Assembly (NCBI GenBank): GCA_023261815.1
Contig: JALNKA010000003.1
Coordinates: 1 to 64,000, forward strand
DNA: 64,000 bases
Reading direction: 5' to 3'
Source: Candidatus Wolframiiraptor sinensis
Lineage (GTDB): Archaea; Thermoproteota; Nitrososphaeria_A; Caldarchaeales; Wolframiiraptoraceae
In this document: positions 9,851-20,287 of the stretch, one piece after another
Layout of the letters: each line of letters begins with the position of its first letter
Position numbering within the stretch: position 1 is the first letter of the stretch
Program-made: the position numbers and the translations under genes
The notes under the pieces: generated by a model
The model's database searches: none
Seen by the model: the letters and a program-made list of their open reading frames with translations, nothing else
What the model was told of the DNA's origin: nothing

Positions 9851-10444
9851 CCTCCTTTTGAGAAGGCTGTAGGCCGCTAAAAGTACTGCAATCACCGCGC
9901 CGGCCAAGAGCGTTATTGCCTCGAAATGCGAGCTGAGGAATGATAATATCTCCCCTCCAAAGAGCATTATGAGTAGTGCCTCCGCCATGAATCTCCCACC
10001 CCTGCCGAGAAGGGAGGCGGCGATGAAGGCCTTGATATCCCTGAGCATGAAAGCTCCAGAGGCTATCGTGAAGACCTTGTAGGGTATCGGGGTGAAGGCC
10101 GCTATCCCTACAGCCCAGGCGCCATATCTGTTAAAGAACTCCTCAGCTTTCCTCACGGACTTCTCGCCGGCGAGCTTGATGAGTATCGGTCTGCCGCCCT
10201 TAAGCCCGATCCAGTAGCCGAGAAGAGCTCCGGCAGTGGAGCTGATTGTGGCCAGAAAGCCGTAGAGCAGAGCATTTCCCGGATCTAGTAGGGCGAGCGG
10301 GATGAGTATGGCGTCGGGCGGTATCGGGAAAAAGCTTGATTCTGTGAAAGCGGTGAGAATTAGCCCTGGGATGCCGAGAGGGACGAGATGAAGCCTAGCC
10401 CACTCAAGCATAGAGTCGAGAAGACCGGTCAAAGAGCTCTCCAC
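9800..10444 (-). CDS. YqaA/DedA (VTT) family membrane protein
   Basis: AFTESSFFPIPPD and FTPIPYKVFTIASG motifs. Confidence 0.9.
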   Translation of the reverse strand: MESSLTGLLDSMLEWARLHLVPLGIPGLILTAFTESSFFPIPPDAILIPLALLDPGNALLYGFLATISSTAGALLGYWIGLKGGRPILIKLAGEKSVRKAEEFFNRYGAWAVGIAAFTPIPYKVFTIASGAFMLRDIKAFIAASLLGRGGRFMAEALLIMLFGGEILSFLSSHFEAITLLAGAVIAVLLAAYSLLKRRLCLGGSSPREGYPRRD

Positions 10445-10467
10445 GAGATGGGCTCAAGCTTATATTT

Positions 10468-11292
10468 CTAGATTCGGGGTCTGAGAAGCGATGGATGGAA
10501 GAAGCGCTTGCCCCACCTCGCCTTGAGCTCATCCCATTCCTGAAGGATCTTCACGGCCTCAACAGCGACTTTCGCGGCATCCCTCTCCCCGGCAACCCCG
10601 AACTCGTCTCTAACCCTGTTTGCGAAGACGGCGCATATGGATCCGGCCCTAAGCCCATAGATCGAGGCTATGGTGTAGATGGCCGACGTCTCCATGTCGA
10701 AGTTCAGGACCCCCATCGCTCTCAAGTCGTTGAGAAGCTCTTTCACGCCGCTCCGCACATAGCCCCGGAAGCCCCTTCTCCCCTGGCCGAGATAGAAGCT
10801 GTCCGTCGTCGCAGTAACTCCAACATGATATCTCACATTTAGGAATTCGGCGGCCTCGATCAGGGCCAATAGAACCTCGTAGCTCGCGGCAGCCGGATAC
10901 TCTGGGGGAGCATAATCCATGCTCGCGCCCTCGAGCCTGATGGCGGCGGACGATATCACCAGATCTCCGATGTCTATGTGGGGCTGGATCGCGCCCGTGC
11001 TACCAACTCTGATAAAAGTATCTGCGCCCGCTCTCGCGAGTTCCTCGACCGCGATCGAGGCGGAGGCCGAGCCTATGCCTGTTGAGCACGCCGAAATAAG
11101 CTTCCCATTGACTCTGCCATTCCAGAGCCTAAACTCCCTGTGAGAGGAGACTTCCCAAGCCTCATCCCATAACTCCGCGATCAGGGGCACGCGCTCCGGG
11201 TCGCCCGGCAGAAGAACGTATCTCGAGATCTCTCCGGGCTTAACCCTGACATGATAGAAGGCTTCCCCAACTCTAGGTTCCTCAGCCCTCAT
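10468..11292 (-). CDS. udp: Uridine phosphorylase (NP-I family)
   Basis: LPGDPERV, STGIGSAS, IRVGSTG, SFYLGQGR, NFDMETSA. Confidence 0.88.
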   Translation of the reverse strand: MRAEEPRVGEAFYHVRVKPGEISRYVLLPGDPERVPLIAELWDEAWEVSSHREFRLWNGRVNGKLISACSTGIGSASASIAVEELARAGADTFIRVGSTGAIQPHIDIGDLVISSAAIRLEGASMDYAPPEYPAAASYEVLLALIEAAEFLNVRYHVGVTATTDSFYLGQGRRGFRGYVRSGVKELLNDLRAMGVLNFDMETSAIYTIASIYGLRAGSICAVFANRVRDEFGVAGERDAAKVAVEAVKILQEWDELKARWGKRFFHPSLLRPRI

Positions 11293-11334
11293 AACCCAAA
11301 GATAACGGCAATGGTTAAAAGCATTAATTCATGG

Positions 11335-12675
11335 ATGACGCTGCGAGATGAGGGTGAAGCCGCGATGAGGGAGCTAGCCGAGTTATCCAGGCTATGCGCG
11401 GATTTGGCTAGATCCGATTTAAGCCCGGAGATCTTGGAGAGGATGATCTCGGAGTTCGCCGGGCATGGGCTGAGCAGCGATCTCGCGAGAAAGCTGTTCT
11501 CGCTCATCTTGGAGGAGGGAGAGAGGATCAGGGGGCGCGGAGCCTCGGAGAGCGGCCTGAAACTGAGGGAATTCGCCTCAAGAGCGCTCGAGCTGCAGCG
11601 GATGGGGAGGGAGATCTTCAGGCTGGAGCTCGGCGAGCCTGACTTCACGGCTCCTTCCAGCGCGGTCGAAGCGGCCTGTAAGGCGATCCGGGAGGGCTAT
11701 AGCAAGTATGGGCCCGCGAATGGCATAAAGGAGCTTAGGGCGTCAATAGCCTCAAAGCTCTCCGAGAAATTCAAGCTCGACCTGAAGCCCGATAACGTCG
11801 CGATCACCGCGGGTGGAACATTCGGCGTCTACGGCTCGATAGAGGCGGCGACGGAGCTCGGAGATGAGGTCATCGTGATAGAGCCGGCCTGGCCCCTATA
11901 TGCTCACCAAATCAGGTGGCTCGGCAGAAGGCCGAGAATAATCAGGACGAGGTTCGAGGACGACTGGGATCCCGTGAGCATGATCCAGGATGAGATCAGC
12001 AGGATGACGAGGCTGATAATACTGAATTATCCGAATAATCCCACGGGGAAAGTTTTGGACGAGAAGAGCATGAGGGCGATAATCGAGCTCGCCGAGGATC
12101 ATGGCGCATGGATTATGAGCGACGAGGTCTACATGGACTTCTGCTACCGCGACGGCTTCAAGAGCATCTTGGAGCTCGGGGCCGAGCGCGCGATAATGGT
12201 CAATTCGTTCTCAAAGACTTGGGGCATGACGGGCTTCAGGGTGGGCTACGTTGTATCGGATGCGGAGATGGTGGCGCGCGTGGCGAGAGCCCAGAACACA
12301 GCGATAACATGCATACCGGAGTTCGTCCAGAGAGCAGCATTAGCGGCGCTGAACGATGAGGAAGCCGCGAGGAGAAACATCGAGCTGATCGGAGCGAGGC
12401 TGAAGATACTCTACGAGGAGCTCTCGAGATCGAGGCTGATAGAAGTCAAGCCGCCCGAGGGAGCCATGTACATTTTCCCCAGGATAAACGTGGAGAACTT
12501 CGATTCATGGAGGTTCGCGTGGAAGCTCTTGGAGGAGAAGGGCGTGGCTATCGCGCCTGGAGCATGCTTTGGGCAAAGCTATAACAACCACATAAGGATC
12601 TCAGCGGTCCTCGATGAAAAGCCCCTCAGAGAGGCGTGCAGAAGGATTCGCGAAGCGGTGGAGGAATACTCTTAA
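11335..12675 (+). CDS. Class I/II PLP aminotransferase (aspartate/aromatic) with N-terminal helical extension
   Basis: GEPDF, NYPNNPTG, SDEVY, SFSKTWGMTGFRVG; start codon uncertain. Confidence 0.9.
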   Translation: MTLRDEGEAAMRELAELSRLCADLARSDLSPEILERMISEFAGHGLSSDLARKLFSLILEEGERIRGRGASESGLKLREFASRALELQRMGREIFRLELGEPDFTAPSSAVEAACKAIREGYSKYGPANGIKELRASIASKLSEKFKLDLKPDNVAITAGGTFGVYGSIEAATELGDEVIVIEPAWPLYAHQIRWLGRRPRIIRTRFEDDWDPVSMIQDEISRMTRLIILNYPNNPTGKVLDEKSMRAIIELAEDHGAWIMSDEVYMDFCYRDGFKSILELGAERAIMVNSFSKTWGMTGFRVGYVVSDAEMVARVARAQNTAITCIPEFVQRAALAALNDEEAARRNIELIGARLKILYEELSRSRLIEVKPPEGAMYIFPRINVENFDSWRFAWKLLEEKGVAIAPGACFGQSYNNHIRISAVLDEKPLREACRRIREAVEEYS

Positions 12676-12689
12676 GCTCTTGAATAGTT

Positions 12690-13256
12690 GTGGGGGATGG
12701 AAAGATGGATAGAGACGAGGCACTAAGAATAATCAGGAATAACATCTCCAACGATAAGATAGTCCTCCACATGATCGCCGTCTCCGCGATAATGAGGGCG
12801 CTGGCGCGGCATCTCGGCAGAGATGAGAAGCTCTGGGAACTCGCGGGCCTACTCCACGACGTGGACTACGAGCTAACAAAAAATGAGCCCAGCAAGCACG
12901 GCCTAGAAGCCGAGAAGATCCTCGGAGACTCCGCGCCGCCAGAGATCATCAGAGCAATAAAATCTCATAACTTCGAAAACACGGGAGTGAGACCTGAGAA
13001 TGATCTCGAGAAGGCGTTAATCGCGGCCGATGCTGCCTCGGGCCTCATAATCGCCGCGGCTTTAGTGATGCCGAGCAAGAAGCTGGAGGAAGTAAGCGTT
13101 GAGACCCTGAAGAAGAAGTTCAAGCAAAAGGACTTCGCGAGAAACGTTAGCAGGGAGAGGATAATGTTTTGCGAACAAGTGGGCTTATCGCTGGACAAGT
13201 TCCTAGAGTTGTCACTCGAGGCTCTAAAGGAGATAGGTAGGGACCTCAGATTATAG
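12690..13256 (+). CDS. HD-domain (HDIG) metal-dependent hydrolase
   Basis: H...GLLHDVDYE, HG, IKSH, AAD, KFKQKDFARNVSR. Confidence 0.85.
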   Translation: MGDGKMDRDEALRIIRNNISNDKIVLHMIAVSAIMRALARHLGRDEKLWELAGLLHDVDYELTKNEPSKHGLEAEKILGDSAPPEIIRAIKSHNFENTGVRPENDLEKALIAADAASGLIIAAALVMPSKKLEEVSVETLKKKFKQKDFARNVSRERIMFCEQVGLSLDKFLELSLEALKEIGRDLRL

Positions 13257-13348
13257 TGCTATTTAATAATTTTTAAATAATTTGGCAATGCATAATATGT
13301 ATACGTAATGTTCATTATTTTCGCCTAAAACGTGATGCCAGAAGAAGT

Positions 13349-14461
13349 ATGGTTCGAACAACAGTGTCGGTTATTAAAGCGGATGTTGGCTCAATCGCCG
13401 GGCATTATAAGCCACATCAGAAAATGCTTGATCTCGCCAAGACAATTCTCTCAGAAGCTGAAAAGGTGGGACTCATCAATAGCTTCTATGTTTATAGTGT
13501 GGGTGATGATATAGGCCTTGTGCTGACGCATTATAAGGGCGAGAATAACCCGGAAATTCACGCGCTCTCCTGGAAAGTATTCAAGGAGTTAACGGAAAAA
13601 GTTGCTAAACCCCTGAAGCTTTACGCGGCCGGTCAAGACCTGCTTTCAGACGCCTTCAGCGGGAATATTCGTGGGATGGGCCCAGGCGTCGCGGAGTTAG
13701 AGTTCGAGGAGAGGCAATCCGATCCCATAGTCGTATTTGCTGCCGATAAAACGGAGCCCGGAGCATGGAATTTACCGCTCTACAAGATATTTGCAGACCC
13801 ATTCAATACAGCTGGTCTCGTGATAGATCCGAAGCTTCGAGATGGCTTCGTATTCGAGGTACTCGATGTCATCGAGGACAAGAAGGTTCGGCTGAAAACG
13901 CCTGAGGAATCCTATGACTTGCTCGCCCTATTGGGAACCACGGGAAGATATTGCGTGAGCAAGGTTTACAGGGCTGATGGCGAGCCGGCGGCCGCAGCAT
14001 CCACGAACCGCCTCTCACTCATAGCTGGCAAATACGTTGGAAAAGATGACCCAGTCCTCATAGTTAGAGCCCAGTCGGGATTCCCGGCAATAGGCGAGAT
14101 ACTGGCACCGTTCGCTACGCCGCACTTGGTTGCCGGGTGGATGAGGGGAAGCCATAATGGCCCCCTGATGCCCGTGAGCTGCAGAGAGGCTGTCATATCC
14201 TATTTCGACGGGCCTCCGAGAGTCATAGCGATGGGTTGGCAGATATCCGATGGAAAGCTTGTGGGAGTTGATGGAATAGAACCCGCGGACCTTTTCGCCG
14301 ACCCATTCTGGGATTATAGCAGAAGCATCGCAGCTCAGCTGGCGATATACATGAGAACCATGGGAGAATTCATGCCAGCCCGCCTAGACCCTAGCGAGAT
14401 GGAATATACTACTCTACCACAGGTCCTTAAAAAGCTCGAAAGCAGGTTTGAAAGATCATAA
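13349..14461 (+). CDS. fbp: Bifunctional fructose-1,6-bisphosphate aldolase/phosphatase (class V FBPase)
   Basis: IKADVGS, GDD, YAAGQDLL, DKTEPGAWN, YVGKDDP, GWMRGSHNGP, EMEYT. Confidence 0.96.
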   Translation: MVRTTVSVIKADVGSIAGHYKPHQKMLDLAKTILSEAEKVGLINSFYVYSVGDDIGLVLTHYKGENNPEIHALSWKVFKELTEKVAKPLKLYAAGQDLLSDAFSGNIRGMGPGVAELEFEERQSDPIVVFAADKTEPGAWNLPLYKIFADPFNTAGLVIDPKLRDGFVFEVLDVIEDKKVRLKTPEESYDLLALLGTTGRYCVSKVYRADGEPAAAASTNRLSLIAGKYVGKDDPVLIVRAQSGFPAIGEILAPFATPHLVAGWMRGSHNGPLMPVSCREAVISYFDGPPRVIAMGWQISDGKLVGVDGIEPADLFADPFWDYSRSIAAQLAIYMRTMGEFMPARLDPSEMEYTTLPQVLKKLESRFERS

Positions 14462-14498
14462 TTCGCCTGATATCGGGCTACTTCATCCCCTTACAATC

Positions 14499-15079
14499 AT
14501 GAAATTTGAAGACATAATATGCCCTATGATAAGCCCATTTATTGCTGATGGGAGAATATATGCTGAAGGAATAAGGAAACTCATCAACTTTCTCGTGAGA
14601 AACAATGTTAACGGGCTCTTCATATGTGGTACATATGGACTCAGCCCGGCCATGAGCATGGGGCCGCTGGAATAAAGGACACGAGCGGCGACATAATCTT
14701 ATTCTACCAGTTCATGATGTCTGTTAAGAAGAGTGATTTCAAGTTCTTAGTTGGCACGGAGAGGCTCCTTCTACCCGCCATGGTTGCTGGCGGTCATGGA
14801 TGCGTCGCGGACTTAGCGAACGCTTTTCCAGAGATAGTTGTAAAATTCTACAAGCTTCTCAAAGAGAAGAAATATGATGAGGCGGCGAAAGAGCAGTTCA
14901 GCATAATAGAGCTTAGAGACCTGATGTACTCCGTCCCCAACATACCCGCCACATACGCGGTCCTCAGGCTTAGAGGTGTTGATGTAGGATACCCGAAATT
15001 CCCGCATAAGCCGTTATCTGACAATGAGCTGGAAAAACTTAGAGTCGAGCTTGAGAAGAGAGGATTTCTTAAGATCTAA
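14499..15079 (+). pseudogene. DHDPS/NAL-family aldolase pseudogene (internal deletion plus frame change)
   Basis: N-terminus MKFEDIICPMISPF..GLFICGTYG jumps in another frame straight to GIKDTSGD; the central ~100 residues of the barrel are missing. Confidence 0.8.
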
Positions 15080-15133
15080 TACATCATAAATCACTTTCCT
15101 TCACAGGAATTTATTCGCTTATTGATGATTGAG

Positions 15134-15919
15134 CTAGGATGAAAATAAGACATCCAGCCATAGCATGGTGAGCAGGCCCGCTATTATGCTGTAGGTTATT
15201 GTTCTTTCTTTGCCAAGCCTATGCAGCTCCGGTATTATCTCGTCGCTTACGACGAATAGCATTGCTCCCGCCGCGAAGCTCATGGCATATGGGACTATTT
15301 GATGGATTATTGTGACCGCTATGGCGCCTATCACCGCCATAGGTAGCTCGACGAACCCCGATGCCGTGGAGATGAGGTAAGCTCTAACTCTTCCATATTT
15401 TTCCGCGGAGATCAACGATAGGCCTACCGATAGCCCTTCCGGCATATTCTGTATCCCTATGGCTATCGCTAAGGCTAGTCCGGCGGCGATGTCGCCCGAT
15501 CCGATGCCAACGCCGACCGCCAGACCCTCAGGCATATTATGTATCATTATCGCGAGAACGAGGAGCCATACGGCCTTGAGCCTGGAAGATCCTCCCTCTA
15601 TGCCCATGATAGCGTGCATGTGGGGTATCAGTCGATCCATTAACGAGATGGTGACCGCTCCCAGCACCACTCCCAGCAGCGCCGGCAGTATTCCTCCGAG
15701 CTCGATCGCTGGCAGAAGTAGGCTCGTGAAGCTCGCGGCGATCATAACGCCGGACGCGAACCCGAGCCCGAGATCGGAAACTCTCCTAAATGATGTCTTC
15801 AAAAATAGTATCGGTAGAGCGCCAACTAAATTCATTGCCGATGTGAAGAGCCCTGCCAGCGCGGCCAATATCATGAGGTCTCCGCCCGATATGCTCTGGA
15901 AAGCCTGAACGAGGGACAT
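15134..15919 (-). CDS. ZIP family (ZupT/GufA) metal transporter
   Basis: HNMPEGLAVG, QNMPEG, DEIIPE. Confidence 0.92.
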   Translation of the reverse strand: MSLVQAFQSISGGDLMILAALAGLFTSAMNLVGALPILFLKTSFRRVSDLGLGFASGVMIAASFTSLLLPAIELGGILPALLGVVLGAVTISLMDRLIPHMHAIMGIEGGSSRLKAVWLLVLAIMIHNMPEGLAVGVGIGSGDIAAGLALAIAIGIQNMPEGLSVGLSLISAEKYGRVRAYLISTASGFVELPMAVIGAIAVTIIHQIVPYAMSFAAGAMLFVVSDEIIPELHRLGKERTITYSIIAGLLTMLWLDVLFSS

Positions 15920-16026
15920 AACTCCATTTCGGAGCCGGGTGGATGGAGCGATGCTTAATAACCTTGCTCCTTCAGCGTGACTACTATTTTAAGGAAGTAG
16001 AGAGCATTTTTCGCTGGTGCTGTTAG

Positions 16027-16191
16027 ATGGCTTTACCGGAGGATCCGCTCGATAGGCTTAGAAATCTTAGGAGGCTGGGCTATGCTCTACCATCTGATCT
16101 AGCGATGATCGTGGAGGAGCTCATCCGGCTTAGATCCGAGGTTGAGAAGATTAAGAGGGCCCTGGATAAGCATGGGATAAAAGTGGACTAG
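16027..16191 (+). CDS. Small coiled-coil protein, hypothetical (54 aa)
   Basis: MALPEDPLDRLRNLRRLGYALPSDLAMIVEELIRLRSEVEKIKRALDKHGIKVD; host-like codons; stop overlaps the pfkB stop. Confidence 0.5.
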   Translation: MALPEDPLDRLRNLRRLGYALPSDLAMIVEELIRLRSEVEKIKRALDKHGIKVD

Positions 16192-17114
16192 AGGCGTTCC
16201 ATCCTCTCAAGGATTATCCTAGCTCTACGCTCGGCCTCCTCTCCCACGCCGGGCGAAATGAGGGGCTTGAAGCTCGGCCCCTCCACTACTATGGATGCCA
16301 TCGCGGACGCCATGGCCGCCGCCCACCATAGATCCCGAGAATCGAGATATGATGTCGTGAAGGCTCCCCCGAATACGTCTCCAGCCCCAGTCGAGTCGAA
16401 TATGGTAGTCTCATAGCATGGGACTTTGAGGATCTCGTGGCCGCGTGCAACGAGGCTTCCAAGCCTTCCCATGGTTAATATCGTGATCTCCGCGCCGACG
16501 CCCATCAGCCGGTCGAGCATCTCGAGTGGATCGGCTGATCTCGTAAGCACCTCAGCCTCCTCCCTCGATAATTTCAGAATCCAGGGCCTCAGCATCTCAA
16601 GGTCTATCTTCTTGAGCTCGATTAAGCCCATCTCATCGGCCACCCTCATTAAGCCCTGCGGGTCTAAAACCGGCCTGGAGACTCGGCTGAATAGCTCAAT
16701 TATGGAGTCCATATTCATCTCCCATGCGACGGGCCCAAGATAAACCGCATCAAATGATTGGAGCTCGCACGCGATCTCCTCGAGCGACAGGCTTCCGGCC
16801 CTCGATAGGAGCCTCAGGCGGCGCTGATCACCCGTATATGTCAGCTTAAACCGAGTGCTATTCTCATCCTTTCCGGAAATGACTCCTGATAGATCTATCC
16901 CAGCTTCCTCTAGCACCCTGAGATACTCTCTCGGGAAATCTCTCCCGATTCTCGTGAATATCTTCACGCCGGCGCCCAGAGCTCTCGCGGCCAAGGAGAC
17001 GTAGCAGGCCACCCCGCCCATGCTAGTATAGCTTCTCCCCTCGATCTCTATCTCGTCTATCGTCAGGTGGCCAACCACGGCTATCCTGGGCATGCCGGCT
17101 CCCCGAAAAGCCAT
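16188..17114 (-). CDS. PfkB/ribokinase family kinase
   Basis: VVGHLTID, GG, DSTGAGDVFGGAF. Confidence 0.9.
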   Translation of the reverse strand: MAFRGAGMPRIAVVGHLTIDEIEIEGRSYTSMGGVACYVSLAARALGAGVKIFTRIGRDFPREYLRVLEEAGIDLSGVISGKDENSTRFKLTYTGDQRRLRLLSRAGSLSLEEIACELQSFDAVYLGPVAWEMNMDSIIELFSRVSRPVLDPQGLMRVADEMGLIELKKIDLEMLRPWILKLSREEAEVLTRSADPLEMLDRLMGVGAEITILTMGRLGSLVARGHEILKVPCYETTIFDSTGAGDVFGGAFTTSYLDSRDLWWAAAMASAMASIVVEGPSFKPLISPGVGEEAERRARIILERMERL

Positions 17115-17129
17115 TAGCGGAAAAGTCGC

Positions 17130-18122
17130 TTAAGTCCTGCTCGACCGCGCTCTAGCCTTCACGACTTCGTAGATGTCATTCAAGAGCGCTGAGATCGTTG
17201 ATTCACCCGCCCCCTCGCCGATTATCGTCAGCCTTCTGAGGATCTTGAAGTTGAAGCTCACGGCATTCAGAGTTCCATGAACGCATATCGGGTCATTAAG
17301 CCTCACGAGCTTGGGTGCTACCCGTAGCCCATTCTCATCAGCAGTTCCAATAAGCTTTATCGTCATTCCCGATTCCTTCGCCGCCGCTATGGCCTCACTA
17401 GTTATCCCCGTTATCCCCTTGATCTTCACGTCGCTCAGCTTCTTCCCGGCATTCATCAGGCTGTTCGCGAGTATGACGAGCTTCAGAGCCGTGTCTATGC
17501 CCTCCAAGTCCAGCGTGGGATCCCTCTCGGCTATCCCGAGCATCTGAGCCTCCCTCAGCGCGAGCTCCAGCGTCATCTCCTCGAAATGCATCCTGCTGAG
17601 AATGTAATTCGTCGTCCCATTCAGGATCCCCTTAATCGATAGAAGCTCGTCGGCGGCCAAGCACCGATTCTTCAGCGAGATGAGCGGTATTCCTCCACCA
17701 ACCGTGGCCTCGTGTAATAGCATCGAGCCCGTCTCCTCGGCAAGCTCCATAAGCTCATCATATGCTAGGGCTATCGGCCCCTTATTCGCGGTGACCACGT
17801 CGATTCCATGCTCGAGCGCCAGCTTAATGTGGCTCAGCCCTGGCTCGCCATCCCGTATATTCGTCGGAGTCAACTCGACGAGTAGGTCTGTAAGGCCCCT
17901 ATCTATGAGCTCGATCGCCGGCGAGGGCTTTAGTGCTCTGGAGGACTGTAGCTCATCCGGCAAATCTACGAGCGTCAAGCCACTCTCTTCATAGATGTAT
18001 CCCTTCGAGGATGCTACTCCGACGAGCTTAACGCCCTCGACTGCGCCGGCTGCGAGGAGCTTGGCAAGCCTCTTGCCGAGGAAACCATACCCGATTATGA
18101 CGCATCTCAGCATGCTCGCCAT
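17130..18122 (-). CDS. hom: Homoserine dehydrogenase
   Basis: GYGFLG, VVTANKGP, EATVGGGIP, GILNGTTNYIL, AERDPTLD. Confidence 0.93.
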   Translation of the reverse strand: MASMLRCVIIGYGFLGKRLAKLLAAGAVEGVKLVGVASSKGYIYEESGLTLVDLPDELQSSRALKPSPAIELIDRGLTDLLVELTPTNIRDGEPGLSHIKLALEHGIDVVTANKGPIALAYDELMELAEETGSMLLHEATVGGGIPLISLKNRCLAADELLSIKGILNGTTNYILSRMHFEEMTLELALREAQMLGIAERDPTLDLEGIDTALKLVILANSLMNAGKKLSDVKIKGITGITSEAIAAAKESGMTIKLIGTADENGLRVAPKLVRLNDPICVHGTLNAVSFNFKILRRLTIIGEGAGESTISALLNDIYEVVKARARSSRT

Positions 18123-18123
18123 T

Positions 18124-18591
18124 TCACCCCTCGGTTATCAGGAGGGCTCCCTGCTTCTCGGCGAAATCCTCCAGAGACTTGAGGAGCGCGCTGAGCTTAT
18201 CAGAGGGAGCTTCGATGACTGCTTTAATGCAGGGCGATGTAAGGCCGCCTGTCATGGAGATCTCCGCGATCCTCGACTCCATCTCGTGAACCCTCCCGAG
18301 AAGATCCTCGATCTTCACCCCGCCTATCAGGATGATCGTGCATATGGCTTTCTCGAGCGTCTCAGCTTCGATCACTGGTATGCCCGAGGACTCTATCCCT
18401 TTTTTGGCCCTCTCAAGGCTCGCGGAATCCGGGAACTCGACATTTATGCTCACGGGAACATAGCCGGACGTAATGCTATCTCTGCGGTGAATTATCGAGA
18501 TGATGTTCCCGCCGTTGATTGCGATCTGCTCGAGGGCCTTCAAGAGGACGCCGGGCCTATCGCTGAGAGCTAGGGTAAACTTAACCCTCAT
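18124..18591 (-). CDS. ACT-domain protein (putative Hom regulatory subunit)
   Basis: DRPGVLL..L..I...GGNIISIIH ACT signature; immediately upstream of hom. Confidence 0.82.
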   Translation of the reverse strand: MRVKFTLALSDRPGVLLKALEQIAINGGNIISIIHRRDSITSGYVPVSINVEFPDSASLERAKKGIESSGIPVIEAETLEKAICTIILIGGVKIEDLLGRVHEMESRIAEISMTGGLTSPCIKAVIEAPSDKLSALLKSLEDFAEKQGALLITEG

Positions 18592-18729
18592 CCATATATC
18601 CTCCGCGCCTCCTATGCCCGGCCTGCTAATTAGGCTACCGCCGCGCAGAAACTACGGATTAAGGCTATAAGCAGGAGAAATTCCGTTTGGGAGAAGGATC
18701 TTGTGGTGAAGGGTGTGGAGGCGGGGTAG

Positions 18730-20127
18730 ATGGCTGAGAGCAGATATGTGATGAAGTTCGGCGGAAGCTGCGTGAAGGATGGTTCAACGGTTAGGAGGTC
18801 AGCGGAGATAGTCAGGGATTATGTTGAGCGCGGATGCCGCGTGGTCGCAGTGGTGTCGGCTTTGAGCGGCGTAACTGACGGGATACTCGAGGCGCTGGCG
18901 AGCGCGGAGAGGGGGCGCGAGGACGAGATACGTAGCTTCATCGAGAGGCTCGGGGCGAGGCATGAGAACGCTTGCGCTGAGGCTATAAGAAACGGGGATC
19001 TGAGAAGCAGCGTTTTGGGGGAGATTAGGCGGGAGGTCGAGGAGCTCGGAAAACTCCTCTCGATAACAGCGTATCTGAAGGAGGTTACGCCTAGGATCAG
19101 GGACTACGCGCTATCATTCGGCGAAAGGCTCTCCACGAGGATCTTCTGGGGCTCGCTCCTAGATCAGGGGGTGAGGGCCGAGTATTTCACGGGCTGGGAT
19201 GCGGGCATAGTCACGGACGACGAGTTCGGATCCGCCAAGCCCCTGGGGATAACGTATCAGGAAGTTAGGAGGAGGCTCGGCCCGTTGTTGGAGGAGGGCA
19301 TAGTACCGGTCGTCACGGGCTTCATCGCCGCAACCCCAGAGGGGGTGATCACGACGCTCGGGAGAGGTGGCTCCGACTACACCGCGACGATAATCGGCGC
19401 CGCGCTGAAAGTTGATGAAATAATTCTCTGGAAGGATGTTGATGGCATCATGACTGCTGACCCGAAGCTCGTCCCGGAGGCGAGGCCGATACCGAGAATG
19501 TCCTATGATGAAGTCTTAGAGCTAGCATACTTCGGCGCAAAGGTGATTCACCCTGGTGCGCTCGAGCCCGCATCCAGGGAGAATATACCGATAAGAGTGA
19601 AGAACTTCTATAATCCATCCGCCGAGGGCACGCTGATAATCGGCGCCGCGGAGTCCGATACGGTCAAGGCGCTGACGATGATACGCGATGCGGCGATAAT
19701 TCTCGCGAGCGGAGTCGGCTCATCCGAGGCCCTAAACACGAATGTCAAGCTACTAGATCTTCTCGCCAGAGTCGGCGCCCAGGTCATAATGATCTCCCAG
19801 GCATCATCGCAGGCAAATATCTCGATAGCCCTACCGAGAGAAGACTTGAAGAAAGCCTTGAAGGCGGTAAAGAGCGAGTTCGCCGAGGATGAGATGAAGG
19901 TGAACTGCGAGGAAGGAATATGCGTGATAGCGGTCATAGGGTCCGGGATGAGGGGGAGGCCTGGAGTAGCCGCGAAGATCTTCAACGCCGTCGCCGCGGA
20001 GGGCATAAACATAAAGATGATAGCACAGGGATCATCAGAGCTCAACATATCCTTCGCAGTAAAGGAGGAGGATGGAGTCAGAGCGCTGAGAGCAGTGCAT
20101 CGCGCATTTGGGCTAAACGCCGCCTAA
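18730..20127 (+). CDS. lysC: Aspartate kinase
   Basis: KFGGS, SFGERLS, TLGRGGSDYTA, DVDGIMTADP, two ACT domains. Confidence 0.95.
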   Translation: MAESRYVMKFGGSCVKDGSTVRRSAEIVRDYVERGCRVVAVVSALSGVTDGILEALASAERGREDEIRSFIERLGARHENACAEAIRNGDLRSSVLGEIRREVEELGKLLSITAYLKEVTPRIRDYALSFGERLSTRIFWGSLLDQGVRAEYFTGWDAGIVTDDEFGSAKPLGITYQEVRRRLGPLLEEGIVPVVTGFIAATPEGVITTLGRGGSDYTATIIGAALKVDEIILWKDVDGIMTADPKLVPEARPIPRMSYDEVLELAYFGAKVIHPGALEPASRENIPIRVKNFYNPSAEGTLIIGAAESDTVKALTMIRDAAIILASGVGSSEALNTNVKLLDLLARVGAQVIMISQASSQANISIALPREDLKKALKAVKSEFAEDEMKVNCEEGICVIAVIGSGMRGRPGVAAKIFNAVAAEGINIKMIAQGSSELNISFAVKEEDGVRALRAVHRAFGLNAA

Positions 20128-20287
20128 CAGAAAACTAGCATCCGCTGATAAAAAGGCTCATCTAGGGATCCAAAGCTCCTATTATATGCCTTCGCGTAAA
20201 GTCGCGCTTCAGTTCATCCACCGGCGGGTTAAAACTTTTTTAACTCTATGAGGGCTTTCATCGCCTGAAATCCGGGGTGAAGCATGT

